Virus record (IMG/VR): IMGVR_UViG_3300008259_000034
Span: 1-62,744 of that record
DNA from: a virus
Taxonomy: Duplodnaviria; Caudoviricetes
DNA: 62,744 bases
Reading direction: 5' to 3' (one strand)
Under the pieces are notes generated by a model, which had not been told where the DNA came from, did no database searches, and worked only from the letters and a program-made list of their open reading frames with translations. Position numbers and translations under genes: made by a program. How positions within the stretch are numbered: the stretch's first letter is position 1; each line of letters opens with the position of its first letter. Positions 9,637-19,891 of this stretch are shown here, one piece after another.

Positions 9637-9665
9637 ATTATAATATAGATTATCTAAAAAGTCAA
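9637..9665 (-). promoter_or_regulatory. Sigma70-type promoter for dNMP kinase
   Basis: TTGACT-17 nt-TATAAT on minus strand, then SD AGGAG. Confidence 0.8.
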
Positions 9666-9680
9666 AGAATTTTAGTCGAT

Positions 9681-10439
9681 TTATCCAGTTACGAATGTGT
9701 AACCAATACCGCCTGAAACACTCTTCATTAGGTCCTCGGTTAATTTATCTATTTCTGCTTGCCCCTCGGTTTTCATTGCTGATCCATTGAGGCTGCTTCC
9801 GCCCTGCGGACCTGCAATCTGAGCAAATTTTTCTCGAGCTTGGCCTAACATTATTTTACAGTTAGCTAAAGTGTAATCTTTGATCCACTGTCCTGCGTAA
9901 GTATCTTCAATGATTGCACTGTCGGGACGAGTGTTATAAATCCAAAGCATTACGCTTTCGTCGGACCGAGGCCGCTGTTGAATAATAAGTTTGCGGCTTT
10001 GCGGATTCCAAGCAAAGTTAATAAATGATCCAAACATCTTGCCCACTAATTCTTGATACTGAGCAAATAATTCATAAGTTAGTAGGCCGCCCATGTTTGT
10101 AGAACTTAACAAATAGGTATTGGTATAGGCCATGTTAAAAGGTTCAAACACTGTGCCGCCGTTTCCGCCACCACTTCTAGATCCAATGCTGCGTCTAAAA
10201 ATTTGACGTACCTGTTGGATTTCCTTGGGAAGAATATATTCGTTTTGATCAACCTTAATGGTTAAAAACGCATAACTTTCTTCTACAGCATTGTCCGAAC
10301 GCTGGCGAAATACTGCTAATGCACGATTCAGTGCAGTTTCGTAGTGTATAGGGTCTAACTCAATATCGATCATGCCGTCGCCCAGCATGGCTTTACAGTA
10401 GTTATAAACCTCTTGTTTTACTTGATCGTTTTGGCTCAT
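9681..10439 (-). CDS. gp13: Neck protein (gp13-like)
   Basis: LGDGMIDIELD, WIKDYTLANCKIMLGQAREKF, GPQGGSSLNG; start moved to MSQNDQ because TAAATA lies 5 nt upstream. Confidence 0.8.
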   Translation of the reverse strand: MSQNDQVKQEVYNYCKAMLGDGMIDIELDPIHYETALNRALAVFRQRSDNAVEESYAFLTIKVDQNEYILPKEIQQVRQIFRRSIGSRSGGGNGGTVFEPFNMAYTNTYLLSSTNMGGLLTYELFAQYQELVGKMFGSFINFAWNPQSRKLIIQQRPRSDESVMLWIYNTRPDSAIIEDTYAGQWIKDYTLANCKIMLGQAREKFAQIAGPQGGSSLNGSAMKTEGQAEIDKLTEDLMKSVSGGIGYTFVTG

Positions 10440-10444
10440 ACTGT

Positions 10445-10465
10445 TATTTATCGTAGCGGTAAATA
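10445..10465. promoter_or_regulatory. Back-to-back divergent late promoters for gp13 and gp14
   Basis: TATTTA (10445-10450) and TAAATA (10460-10465), 9 nt apart. Confidence 0.7.
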
Positions 10466-10472
10466 TATGACT

Positions 10473-11753
10473 ATGCCAAGACTCTCTCTTTATAGGCCCG
10501 AAAAGGGCAACGACTACAAATTCATCGATAAAACCGTTTGGGAAATGTTCCAGGTTGGTGGTACAGATGTACTGGTTCACAAATATATCGGGCCGGGCGA
10601 TACTAATTCTACAGATCCTATCAATAGATTAAGCAATAATGCAATTCCAGAGCTAGGAATACAAGATGTGTTATTTCTAGAAAATCGAGATCGCAAGTAT
10701 GATCCAGATATCTACCAATTACGAGGGGTGTACAATCTACAAGATATAGATTTTAATCTAAGTCAGTTTGGATTATTTTTACAAAACGATACAGTATTTT
10801 TAACGTTTCATATAAACGATACTGTAGAAAAAATAGGTCGTAAAATTATGGCAGGTGATGTAATTGAATTGCCACACTTAAAAGACGACCACGCATTAAA
10901 TGATTTACAATTTGCACTAAAACGATTCTTTGTGATTGAAGAAGTCAGTCGCGCAGCAGAAGGTTTTTCAGTAACTTGGTATCCACACCTATATCGTGCA
11001 AAATGTAAACCGCTAGTCGATAGTCAAGAATTTAAAGATATATTAGATGGTATACAAACAGATGCCAATGGCAATCCTACTGATACAACATTACGTGATA
11101 TTATGTCAACGTATGAAAAAGAAATGCAAATTACTCAAGCAGTTCTTGATCAAGCAGAAGCCGATGCTCCAAAGAGTGGATACGATACAACACAATTTTA
11201 TACTGTAAGAGTAAATCCAGATACTGGTACCCCTGATGTTGTTTCTGCTGATAATAATACATTATTAGCATCACTGGAAACGCAAGCACGAGACGAAAAC
11301 GGAAATTTACTAGTTGACGATAACGGAGATCCTGTATATGTTGGATCTACAGCAAGTACTGTACTGTTAAGTCCAGATAAAAATCAATATCATTATGGCA
11401 ATGTTAACGTTGGTGACGGAATACCACCGAATGGAATACCATTTAGTTCTGGTATTGCATTCCCTGTAACACCTGCCGAAGGCCAATTCCATTTAAGAAC
11501 AGATTTTAAACCACAGCGACTTTTTAGGTTCAGCGGAACACGTTGGATTAAATTTGAGGACAATGTACGTATGACTATGAACAACCTAGGTGCTAGCGAT
11601 GTAGGAGTTGATGCTACCTTTGAGGGTAAAGAAGTTCGTCAAACACAATTGGCTGGTTTTATTAACAACCCTACTGTAACTAAGATACATAATAAAGATG
11701 TTAAAGAAAAACAAAGTCTAAGTAAGGCTCTTAGACCAAAGGCGGACGATTAA
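10473..11753 (+). CDS. gp14: Neck / head-closure protein (gp14-like)
   Basis: IQDVLFLENRDRKYD, LSQFGLFL, GDVIELPH; divergent from gp13 and upstream of gp15; start taken as MPRLSLY. Confidence 0.7.
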   Translation: MPRLSLYRPEKGNDYKFIDKTVWEMFQVGGTDVLVHKYIGPGDTNSTDPINRLSNNAIPELGIQDVLFLENRDRKYDPDIYQLRGVYNLQDIDFNLSQFGLFLQNDTVFLTFHINDTVEKIGRKIMAGDVIELPHLKDDHALNDLQFALKRFFVIEEVSRAAEGFSVTWYPHLYRAKCKPLVDSQEFKDILDGIQTDANGNPTDTTLRDIMSTYEKEMQITQAVLDQAEADAPKSGYDTTQFYTVRVNPDTGTPDVVSADNNTLLASLETQARDENGNLLVDDNGDPVYVGSTASTVLLSPDKNQYHYGNVNVGDGIPPNGIPFSSGIAFPVTPAEGQFHLRTDFKPQRLFRFSGTRWIKFEDNVRMTMNNLGASDVGVDATFEGKEVRQTQLAGFINNPTVTKIHNKDVKEKQSLSKALRPKADD

Positions 11754-13273
11754 TGGATTATTTTTATGACGGACAAATAAGACGCTACGTAACACAGTTT
11801 ATGCGTTTTTTTATAGGTTTTAAATATCAAGCAGGTGACGGAACACAAAAAACCCTGCCAGTAACCTATGGCGATTTGTCCAGACAAGTAGCTGCTATTA
11901 TCAAGGACAACTCAGAAAATAAAATGATGACTGTTCCTAAAATTTCTTGCTATATCACTGGACTCGAAATGGACACTGCAAGGCTTGCAGCATCAACTTT
12001 TGTTAGCAAAGTCAACATTAGAGAACGCGATTACGAAGAGTACTATCCAAACGATTATCCAGAAGTACACCTGCGTGGAACGCCAGTTTACAAAAATGTA
12101 CAAGGAGGTAGCTATACTGTTGAACGCATGATGCCTACGCCGTTCATGCTAACAATGAAAGCAGATTTATGGACTTCAAACACTGATCAAAAATTACAAC
12201 TACTTGAACAAATTTTAGTATTTTTTAATCCCAGTTTTGAAATTCAAACTACAGATAACTTTTTAGATTGGACCAGTCTTAGCGTAATTAATCTTAAAAA
12301 TCTTCAATTTAGTTCTAGAACAATTCCACAAGGATCAGAGTCTGATATTGATATTTGCTCAATGGAATTTAACATGCCAATATATGTTACGCCCCCTGCT
12401 AAAGTTAAAAGGCTTGGAGTTGTTAAAACTATTATTGCAAACATATATAATCAAGCCGGTGATGTAAAAAATCTTGACGATATATTGATCGACATTGGTA
12501 ATGTTGATATACAATTTAAATTTACAATGAACAACTATGGAGTGTTATTATTATCTGCTAATAATGGTCAACCTAATGACTATAACTTATCTGTAATTAA
12601 TGCTAACGAAGCTGTTCGTGTTCTCGGTGTTGAACCTCCTACAAAACTAGGAAAACAATTCGACTGGAGTATGTTGTTTGATCAACAAGAAAGTTTTGTT
12701 CCTGGATTAAGTATGGTATATTTTACTCAACCGGATGGTAGTGAAATTCGTGGAACTTGTGTGATCAATCCCTTAGACCCTTCGATGCTGGTTGTTACTA
12801 TTACCGATAAGCCTTCAAACTCTATTATTAATACTAAAACATATGTTGATGCAATTATCGATCCTTACAAGTATAATCCTTTAGAAAAACTTGGCGGGTA
12901 CTCTGCAATTAATGCATTGTCAAATCCTCCAAGATTCTTGGTATTAGACGATGTTAACATTAGTGAAAATACCGGAGGAGTGATGATTTATGGTCAAGAT
13001 CCTACTGACGGCAGTAGTGGTGATGCATACGACGGCCCCGACGCATGGAAAAATCAGGACGGAACTGATGCTGTAATTAAAAATAATTCTATTATTGAAT
13101 GGAGTAACGGTAAATGGATAACTATTTTTGATCCGGATACTGTTACAGGAATATACTATATTACCAATCTTAAAACCAGCGTACAATACAAATGGGAAGA
13201 TGGTCAATGGCTTCGCTCATTTGAAGGCGAGTACAAAGCCGGATACTGGAGATTTGATTTAAATCCAGCATAA
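11753..13273 (+). CDS. gp15: Tail sheath stabiliser / completion protein (gp15-like) with C-terminal extension
   Basis: YFYDGQIRRY, LPVTYG, P-F-L..LW, QLLEQILVFFNPSF motifs. Confidence 0.8.
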   Translation: MDYFYDGQIRRYVTQFMRFFIGFKYQAGDGTQKTLPVTYGDLSRQVAAIIKDNSENKMMTVPKISCYITGLEMDTARLAASTFVSKVNIRERDYEEYYPNDYPEVHLRGTPVYKNVQGGSYTVERMMPTPFMLTMKADLWTSNTDQKLQLLEQILVFFNPSFEIQTTDNFLDWTSLSVINLKNLQFSSRTIPQGSESDIDICSMEFNMPIYVTPPAKVKRLGVVKTIIANIYNQAGDVKNLDDILIDIGNVDIQFKFTMNNYGVLLLSANNGQPNDYNLSVINANEAVRVLGVEPPTKLGKQFDWSMLFDQQESFVPGLSMVYFTQPDGSEIRGTCVINPLDPSMLVVTITDKPSNSIINTKTYVDAIIDPYKYNPLEKLGGYSAINALSNPPRFLVLDDVNISENTGGVMIYGQDPTDGSSGDAYDGPDAWKNQDGTDAVIKNNSIIEWSNGKWITIFDPDTVTGIYYITNLKTSVQYKWEDGQWLRSFEGEYKAGYWRFDLNPA

Positions 13274-13276
13274 GTA
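13271..13276 (+). promoter_or_regulatory. Late promoter variant TAAGTA, 5 nt before ATG
   Basis: TAAGTA-CGAGC-ATG overlapping gp15 stop. Confidence 0.5.
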
Positions 13277-13281
13277 CGAGC

Positions 13282-13677
13282 ATGCAACAACGTGCTGGTT
13301 TACTTTTCCTTGCCAAAAATACAGGTAGAATTTTATTAATTCTAGAAAATTCTTCTTGGACTGTTCCTACATTTGCTAGGGTCGGAGTTATTTACGACGA
13401 TGCAAAATCTCTGTTAGAAAGTTATCAATCGGGAAGATTATTGCCAATTGAATTATATCTTTCTGAGGATAAAGGTTTTGAATACGGCACATATGTCTGC
13501 TTAGTAGAAGAAGAATTTTTAACAACTAGTCCTAATACATTATGTTGGGCCGACCTTGATTTTCTTCCAAAACATCTACATACAGGTCTTAAAACCACAC
13601 TAAATAATCAGCTCATACGAGCCAAACTCGATACTATACTGGTGCTAGAAAATGTTCCCAAAATTACAACACGATGA
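13282..13677 (+). CDS. Degenerate Nudix-fold-like protein
   Basis: AGLLFLAKNTGRILLIL...W and C-terminal W..L..LPKHLH resemble phage Nudix proteins; Nudix box absent. Confidence 0.5.
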   Translation: MQQRAGLLFLAKNTGRILLILENSSWTVPTFARVGVIYDDAKSLLESYQSGRLLPIELYLSEDKGFEYGTYVCLVEEEFLTTSPNTLCWADLDFLPKHLHTGLKTTLNNQLIRAKLDTILVLENVPKITTR

Positions 13678-13939
13678 AAAATGGTTGGCTGACTTTCGCC
13701 ATTACCAAAAAGAAATATCAGAAATAACGGATCCTAATCTACAAAAAGATTTGACTGACACATTAATGAACTTGAAGTCTCAAGTTGAGTATGTGGACCA
13801 ACATCACGAACAGATTTTTATATCTGGCAAGTTACCTACCGATACTAGCGAACTTAGAATAAACATAGCTAAGTATCGTCAAAAGTTGGATGAGGGGCTT
13901 ACTGCTTATAAAAACAGTTTGCGCACCCCTCCCCGTTAA
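13652..13939 (+). CDS. Hypothetical helical protein
   Basis: 95 aa; overlaps upstream gene; shares TTAA with convergent gene. Confidence 0.65.
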   Translation: MFPKLQHDEKWLADFRHYQKEISEITDPNLQKDLTDTLMNLKSQVEYVDQHHEQIFISGKLPTDTSELRINIAKYRQKLDEGLTAYKNSLRTPPR

Positions 13940-16900
13940 GCCTGCGCTTCACTCCATCGTACAATAATGTTAGCATTGGTTGCTGTGCCTGCAACCTTGT
14001 ACACGTTGATGGCCAATACGTCAGGTCCGTTTGGATAAGTTCCTCTACCACCAATACTTGTACTTGTCAATTCTTTCAACCCAGTTAGTTCTAGTGTAGT
14101 AGCATCGCCTGCGTTTGAGATAAACGAAAATACCTGTTCTCCTGGTAGCGCATATGGCGGTTGTCCAAATAAGAATGTTATATTAGTATCGCCTACAATA
14201 TTACCCAACGAGTTTTGTGAAAAATAAACAACATATTCATTACCAGCACTACCGCCAATATAGTTAGCGGGACCGTCTACTCGAGTTACACGAGTTCCCG
14301 CTGGGAATCTAGTATAATCCTGTACCTCAGTGCCTACTTTTGCTCCACTAGCGTCCCAACTTGATTGTTTAAAGACCAAAAAGTTTGTTCTATTTCGACT
14401 ATCGCCTGTAGCAGTTGATGCTGTTGCAGTTGTTTGTGTTGCACCGCTTGCCCAGTTTACGTTACCGCCTGGAGCAATTTGTGCAAAGCTAGGCTGTCCG
14501 CCCTGTGACACACCGTTTAGCGCCGACCATTGTACCGTGCCAGGATCTGTTGGATAGTTTTGTGGGTTCAATACTCCTTCAACAACTAGGCCTCCAATCG
14601 CTCCGCCGACTAATGCATCAGATGTGATGGCAATTGATTGTAATAATAATTGCGCACGATTTAATAATTCACGATCTCCCAAGTCACCTGTGATCGCGTT
14701 TGACACACTAGGTGCTAATCGAATCATAAATGCCGTTGTCTTTGTTGTAGATACTGCAACGTTTGTAGCTGCATAGTTAAACAAATAACCTCGATCTTCG
14801 TCAAACATACCATCTGTTAGAATTGCACTACCCCAGTGACTAATTGCTGGACTAATTGTGCAGCTAATCAAAATTACTCCAGCATTAATTGCGTGACTTG
14901 CGGCTGCTCCTGCAGAATACGTTCTATTAGCACCGGCTGCAAAATTAGTAAATGTTGCTCCTCTTGATAACCCAGTTAATCTATCTCTATTTTTACCAGT
15001 AAATGTAATTAGTTCATTGTCAACATATAATGTACCACTAGTTGGGAAGAATTCAGTGTTGTAAACTGTCATGTAAGATGCGTTAGGATCTAATACTTCT
15101 CTTAATGCTGTTCTTGCACTTTCGTTTTGAACTTCATAACGAACTGGCAAGTTGGCAGTACGCATGTACGCTTCGGTGTTTACGTTTGAGTTACGAATTC
15201 TATGTAAGAATATAAATTTACCATCTGCACCCCTTAACATAAACTCAATAAAACCAGCCGCATACCATGAGTACTGAATACCGATCATCTGCATCTTACC
15301 AACGTTGATGTTGTACCCACTAGGACCAGTTCCGTCGCCGTTGTCCATATTCCATTGGCCTTGTGGTACCAAGATGTCTTGAGTTAAACAAATCTTAGCA
15401 CCGATTGCCGAGACGTTTCCTCGATAATCCGGAGCCATGGTTAACGATGTTTGATTTGCAATCGAAGTAACAGTATGACTCATACCCCTAATAACAATTT
15501 TATCACCAACTCTCAGCTGGTCTTGGAATCTAGTGCTGGTTCCAGTTAGCACATTAGTATCGGGTGCTACGTTTACTACACCTGCTAACTGGAATGTACT
15601 TGATCGTTTTCCTAGTGCTAATGTTTGTCCGTCATACTGATAAAAAATGCCGTTTTGATCATCAAACGGGCCTGAGCGTACAGTTGCTCCGTGCCAGACT
15701 AAAACTGTTAGTTTTGAATCTGATCCAAGTATACCAGTAATCGATGTCAGTGGTATTGCTGTTCTAACTCTAAAAGTTCTACTATCTCTTACAGCCTCGA
15801 CTGTAAAGCTACCGTTGTATTCAAATGTAAGCATGCCGGTAATTTGAACAACGCCACCTGGTTGCAATCCGTGATCAGTATCATCTGTTGTAAATGTGAT
15901 CAAACTGTTGACTGTTGTGCCGTCAGCAGTTGCACTTGCAATATTGTAACTTGGAGCAAATAGCGCACCAGTTGTGTACATAATGCCTTTACCAGACTGA
16001 TAACGAATATACTTTTTGCTCTGTCGAACTGCTTGCGCACCGTGTTGTGGCCCGCCTGTACCTAGCTGAACGCCACCGTCAAACGGACGATGTTGGAAGA
16101 ACGTGTCTGGACGAGAATATACAACTCCGCTTAACGGAGTAGTGCTCACGTCAATAGTGCCAGTAGTTCTTGCTGGATATCTAATTTTAGTTAATGATGG
16201 TACTGCTGTCACAATAAATGGACCTGCAGCAAGTTCGTGGTTTCCAGAAGTTAATACAGCTCTTAGTCCAGTGGTTGAATTACCAACAAGTGCAAATATT
16301 CCTAATCCAGAATAGCTATAGAATGCCGCGCTAGACCATGCACTGCTAGTTGCTAATGTTCTAGTAGTCCATGATCCGGTAGTGCCTGTAAAAGATGTTA
16401 TTGCACTAGTAGTACCAGTGGCAGCAACAAAGAAGCTAGTATCACCGAACGTGGCTGCTGTCCATGCAGCTCCCGACGGCAATGATGCTAACGTCCAAGA
16501 AGTACCAGTTGTTGAGATTGCACCAACTGTTGATCCGTTAGCTACTGCTAAGAATCTACTATTACCATAGGTAATGGCTGACCAGTTAACTGAACCGGGC
16601 AATGCACTGGTAGCTGCCCAAGTTACGCCGCCATCATATGAAAAGTTTGCAACAGTACCACCGGATGCAATAGCTACAAAATATGATAAAGTTCCTATTA
16701 GGCCGCCGGCAACCGAAACCCAAGTAGTGGAAGTTGATAATAATCCGCCTGCTACCCATGATGTACCCGTAATTGAATATGCTGTTGCGTTACTTCCAGT
16801 TGCTACAGCAATAAAGATACCGTTATAAAATGTAACCGATGTCCAGTTAAGTGATGCTGGCATGGCTATTTGTGTCCAGGTTACTCCGCCGTTGGACGAC

Positions 16901-19881
16901 CATGCAGCAACACTTGACGGTCCTCTAGCAACTGCCATAAAATATGTTGTTGCTCCAATAGTTCCGCCAGCCACACCGCTCCAATTTGTAGGTCCTGCCG
17001 GCAACGATCCTCCTGCCGACCAGTCAGTACCGTTGGCTGAAAAACCACTAGTTGATCCACTGGCAGTTACAGCAACAAATCGTCCGTTGACTACTGCTGT
17101 GCTTGACCAAGTTGCATTACTTGGCAACGAAGTGGCTGCTGATGCAAATGAGGGAATTGGTTGTGAACTAATTGATGATAATATTGAAGCGCCGGGAACT
17201 AGTCCATGATTGCTAAGGAATGTAACTTCGACAGTCGCAATTGCACCTACATTAAGAACTGTACCACTAGGTAGAGTAGCAATCAATGCATCACTCAAAG
17301 TTAGTGCTGGAAAAAATCTTACAGTTTCACCAGCAAAAGTGCTTCCAGTAACTGCAAGTGTTAGAATTGCTCCAGTTCCGCTAACAGATACAACTTCAAC
17401 AAGTGCATCGTTAGTGCTGTTTGACCCGCCAACTTGACTTCCAAGAATTCTAATACGATTGCCTACTACGTAGTTTAGGCCGCCATTACCATTAAGTACT
17501 GCCGAGTATCCAGTGAATGTACGTGAAATATCAAAACGAGCACCAGCTCCTACTGGAGTAATATTTAGGCCAGCAACACCGTTGTAGCTATCGTTTCCTG
17601 CATCTGCATAAAGAGGAGCATTAATTTCCCAGTCGACAATTGCACCAGTTGACGGGTTGACACTGGCAACCGTTATGCTTAAATTATTTAATGGCGTTGA
17701 GCCACCTAAGTCTGTTCCAGCCCATGTAATTGTATCGCCTACGTCAAATCCTATACCAGGAGCAGTAAGGGTAACAGTTTGGTAAGTGCCATACAAGGCT
17801 GCTCCAGTGCCGCCTGCTCGAACTACAGTAATTGTAGCCCCAGTTCCCACACTCGAAGTTTGATATTGCAAGAGGTTAGTGTAAGTTGCACCTCCACTAA
17901 TTGCTGTGCCGGTGTAGGTAAATCCATAAACAACTGGGCCAAGCATAGGGTTGGGGTTAATATCAGCAATAACACCACCGCTGTCAACATTAACAACAGT
18001 AATAATTAAATCATTAACGCCATCGACTCCGCCTAACTCACTGCCAAGTATTTTAATTTGATCGCCTCTAGAATAGTTTTGACCGTTTGTTGTACTATCT
18101 GAGCGGGGAGTAACTATATACGCACCGTTGGTTCTTTCAATATCAAATCTAGCGTTAGTACCGATTGATATTACATTAGATCCTGCTACATTAATATATG
18201 TTTGGTTGGTTCCTGCTTTTACAATATTGTAGGCTCCGTCTAGGTTCGCTCTATTTCCTTGTATTGATGAAATAAACTGAATAACTCCGCTGCCCGAATC
18301 CACAGCCATTCCTCGCTGAACTCCAGAAAGATCGACTAGATCAATAAAAGTTTGTCCAGCCACGGTTGAATTTAATACAGTGGCATCAATAGTTCCACTA
18401 CCTACAACACCACTTACTGATGTTCCTGGAAAAATTGCAGGTGACCCTGTTACAGGAGCTCCTGCAGATGGAGCACTTCCTGTAAACACAATACCAACGT
18501 CACCTGCTTGACCTGTGAACAATGTAGTAAGTGTAGAATTAGCACCATTGCTGAATATGCTAAATGCTGGTGATCCAATTGTAGCACCAGTATAAAATCC
18601 AGCCTGACGAACCTGCACATATGAAGTAAACAAGCTGTCATTGAGAATTGTACCCACTTTACTCGATGCATAGTACTGGAACGTGTACGGGGTTGGTATT
18701 CCAGTAAGGATATATGATCCTTCTGCTCGGCTAAATCCAGCAACAGCTCCGTTAAGACCTCGAATGGTAATTGGAGTTCCTACATTAAACCCGTGTGTGC
18801 CCGACGAAGTAACAGTAATTAATGATGCTCCAAACCCGCCTGATCCGGTCGATGCATCGGTAACCACAGCAGTAATGGCCACATCAGTACCTGGAATCTC
18901 ATAAAAAGATGGGTAACTACGTTGTAGCCCAAGTGCTTGCCACTTGGTTGGTTGTAGTCCGTATTCAAAGTCAGCGTCAAGCATGGCCTGCGGAGCAGCA
19001 ACACGCATACGCTCGATAGCATCTGTTCCAAAATCCCAAGGACGAATTTGTTGGCTTGGTTCTTCAACAAATATCTGTATATCAGAACCGTTGGCTAAAT
19101 GACTTGTATCTTCAGAAAAATTAATTGATGTAATTGTATCAGTGGTTTGCCACCAGTAAGGGAAATCTACATCAGATACCGGACGCCCATCTCCGCTGCT
19201 GGTTCCACCTTTATAGGTAAAGTTGATAGTCTTAGAGGAATCCGAAAAGTTATAAAGAATATTACCGGTTTGAGTATCAGTAATCAATAATACTTCACTG
19301 GAAATATAATTTCCCAGTAATCGTACACTGCTTACACCGTTAATTTTTCCAGGCAGTTGGCTTAGACCATTTTGAATCACGTTACCAATGGTTGCCCAAT
19401 ATTGAGTAATTGATGAAGCTGCTCCTGCTTCTCCCGGATTGTTGGCAACAAACACTTGCTGAACCGCAGTCTGTCCATATAAATTCGAAGGAGCAGTGTT
19501 GGTTAAAACGTAATTGTTAATTAACTCACGAACGTATTGTTGAGCTGCTAGTACAGCAGGAACACCATTTCGAATTTGAGGCCGGCCATCAATCCAGAAT
19601 AATTCTGCAACTTGTCTTGTTCTTACATTTCCACCGTAACGCAAATCGTGAATCATTGCATCAAAGTAATAAATGTAGTCTCTTCGGCACTTCTCTGGGG
19701 CATAACTATAACCGTTAAACACTCCAATATTATTAGCTACTTGATTTTGTATGTACGCGATTTCTTGTTCAATAATAAAATTTTTATTTGCAAGTACCAA
19801 TGCAACTGCTTTTGGATAAAGATTAGCGTCTTTACTAATCCCCGGTTCAAATACATAATTTTTTATCTGTTTCTTTGCCAT
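13936..19881 (-). CDS. Giant virion structural / fibre protein (1981 aa)
   Basis: G/T/S-rich beta domains, W..v.yG.g.FvAv propeller-type repeats, N-terminal helical CRRD domain. Confidence 0.8.
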   Translation of the reverse strand: MAKKQIKNYVFEPGISKDANLYPKAVALVLANKNFIIEQEIAYIQNQVANNIGVFNGYSYAPEKCRRDYIYYFDAMIHDLRYGGNVRTRQVAELFWIDGRPQIRNGVPAVLAAQQYVRELINNYVLTNTAPSNLYGQTAVQQVFVANNPGEAGAASSITQYWATIGNVIQNGLSQLPGKINGVSSVRLLGNYISSEVLLITDTQTGNILYNFSDSSKTINFTYKGGTSSGDGRPVSDVDFPYWWQTTDTITSINFSEDTSHLANGSDIQIFVEEPSQQIRPWDFGTDAIERMRVAAPQAMLDADFEYGLQPTKWQALGLQRSYPSFYEIPGTDVAITAVVTDASTGSGGFGASLITVTSSGTHGFNVGTPITIRGLNGAVAGFSRAEGSYILTGIPTPYTFQYYASSKVGTILNDSLFTSYVQVRQAGFYTGATIGSPAFSIFSNGANSTLTTLFTGQAGDVGIVFTGSAPSAGAPVTGSPAIFPGTSVSGVVGSGTIDATVLNSTVAGQTFIDLVDLSGVQRGMAVDSGSGVIQFISSIQGNRANLDGAYNIVKAGTNQTYINVAGSNVISIGTNARFDIERTNGAYIVTPRSDSTTNGQNYSRGDQIKILGSELGGVDGVNDLIITVVNVDSGGVIADINPNPMLGPVVYGFTYTGTAISGGATYTNLLQYQTSSVGTGATITVVRAGGTGAALYGTYQTVTLTAPGIGFDVGDTITWAGTDLGGSTPLNNLSITVASVNPSTGAIVDWEINAPLYADAGNDSYNGVAGLNITPVGAGARFDISRTFTGYSAVLNGNGGLNYVVGNRIRILGSQVGGSNSTNDALVEVVSVSGTGAILTLAVTGSTFAGETVRFFPALTLSDALIATLPSGTVLNVGAIATVEVTFLSNHGLVPGASILSSISSQPIPSFASAATSLPSNATWSSTAVVNGRFVAVTASGSTSGFSANGTDWSAGGSLPAGPTNWSGVAGGTIGATTYFMAVARGPSSVAAWSSNGGVTWTQIAMPASLNWTSVTFYNGIFIAVATGSNATAYSITGTSWVAGGLLSTSTTWVSVAGGLIGTLSYFVAIASGGTVANFSYDGGVTWAATSALPGSVNWSAITYGNSRFLAVANGSTVGAISTTGTSWTLASLPSGAAWTAATFGDTSFFVAATGTTSAITSFTGTTGSWTTRTLATSSAWSSAAFYSYSGLGIFALVGNSTTGLRAVLTSGNHELAAGPFIVTAVPSLTKIRYPARTTGTIDVSTTPLSGVVYSRPDTFFQHRPFDGGVQLGTGGPQHGAQAVRQSKKYIRYQSGKGIMYTTGALFAPSYNIASATADGTTVNSLITFTTDDTDHGLQPGGVVQITGMLTFEYNGSFTVEAVRDSRTFRVRTAIPLTSITGILGSDSKLTVLVWHGATVRSGPFDDQNGIFYQYDGQTLALGKRSSTFQLAGVVNVAPDTNVLTGTSTRFQDQLRVGDKIVIRGMSHTVTSIANQTSLTMAPDYRGNVSAIGAKICLTQDILVPQGQWNMDNGDGTGPSGYNINVGKMQMIGIQYSWYAAGFIEFMLRGADGKFIFLHRIRNSNVNTEAYMRTANLPVRYEVQNESARTALREVLDPNASYMTVYNTEFFPTSGTLYVDNELITFTGKNRDRLTGLSRGATFTNFAAGANRTYSAGAAASHAINAGVILISCTISPAISHWGSAILTDGMFDEDRGYLFNYAATNVAVSTTKTTAFMIRLAPSVSNAITGDLGDRELLNRAQLLLQSIAITSDALVGGAIGGLVVEGVLNPQNYPTDPGTVQWSALNGVSQGGQPSFAQIAPGGNVNWASGATQTTATASTATGDSRNRTNFLVFKQSSWDASGAKVGTEVQDYTRFPAGTRVTRVDGPANYIGGSAGNEYVVYFSQNSLGNIVGDTNITFLFGQPPYALPGEQVFSFISNAGDATTLELTGLKELTSTSIGGRGTYPNGPDVLAINVYKVAGTATNANIIVRWSEAQA

Positions 19882-19891
19882 TTATTTTTCC

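Noticed and set aside
10413-10580. Long overlapping starts for gp13 (10580) and gp14 (10413)
   Set aside because: They would overlap head-to-head; promoter positions support starts at 10439 and 10473.
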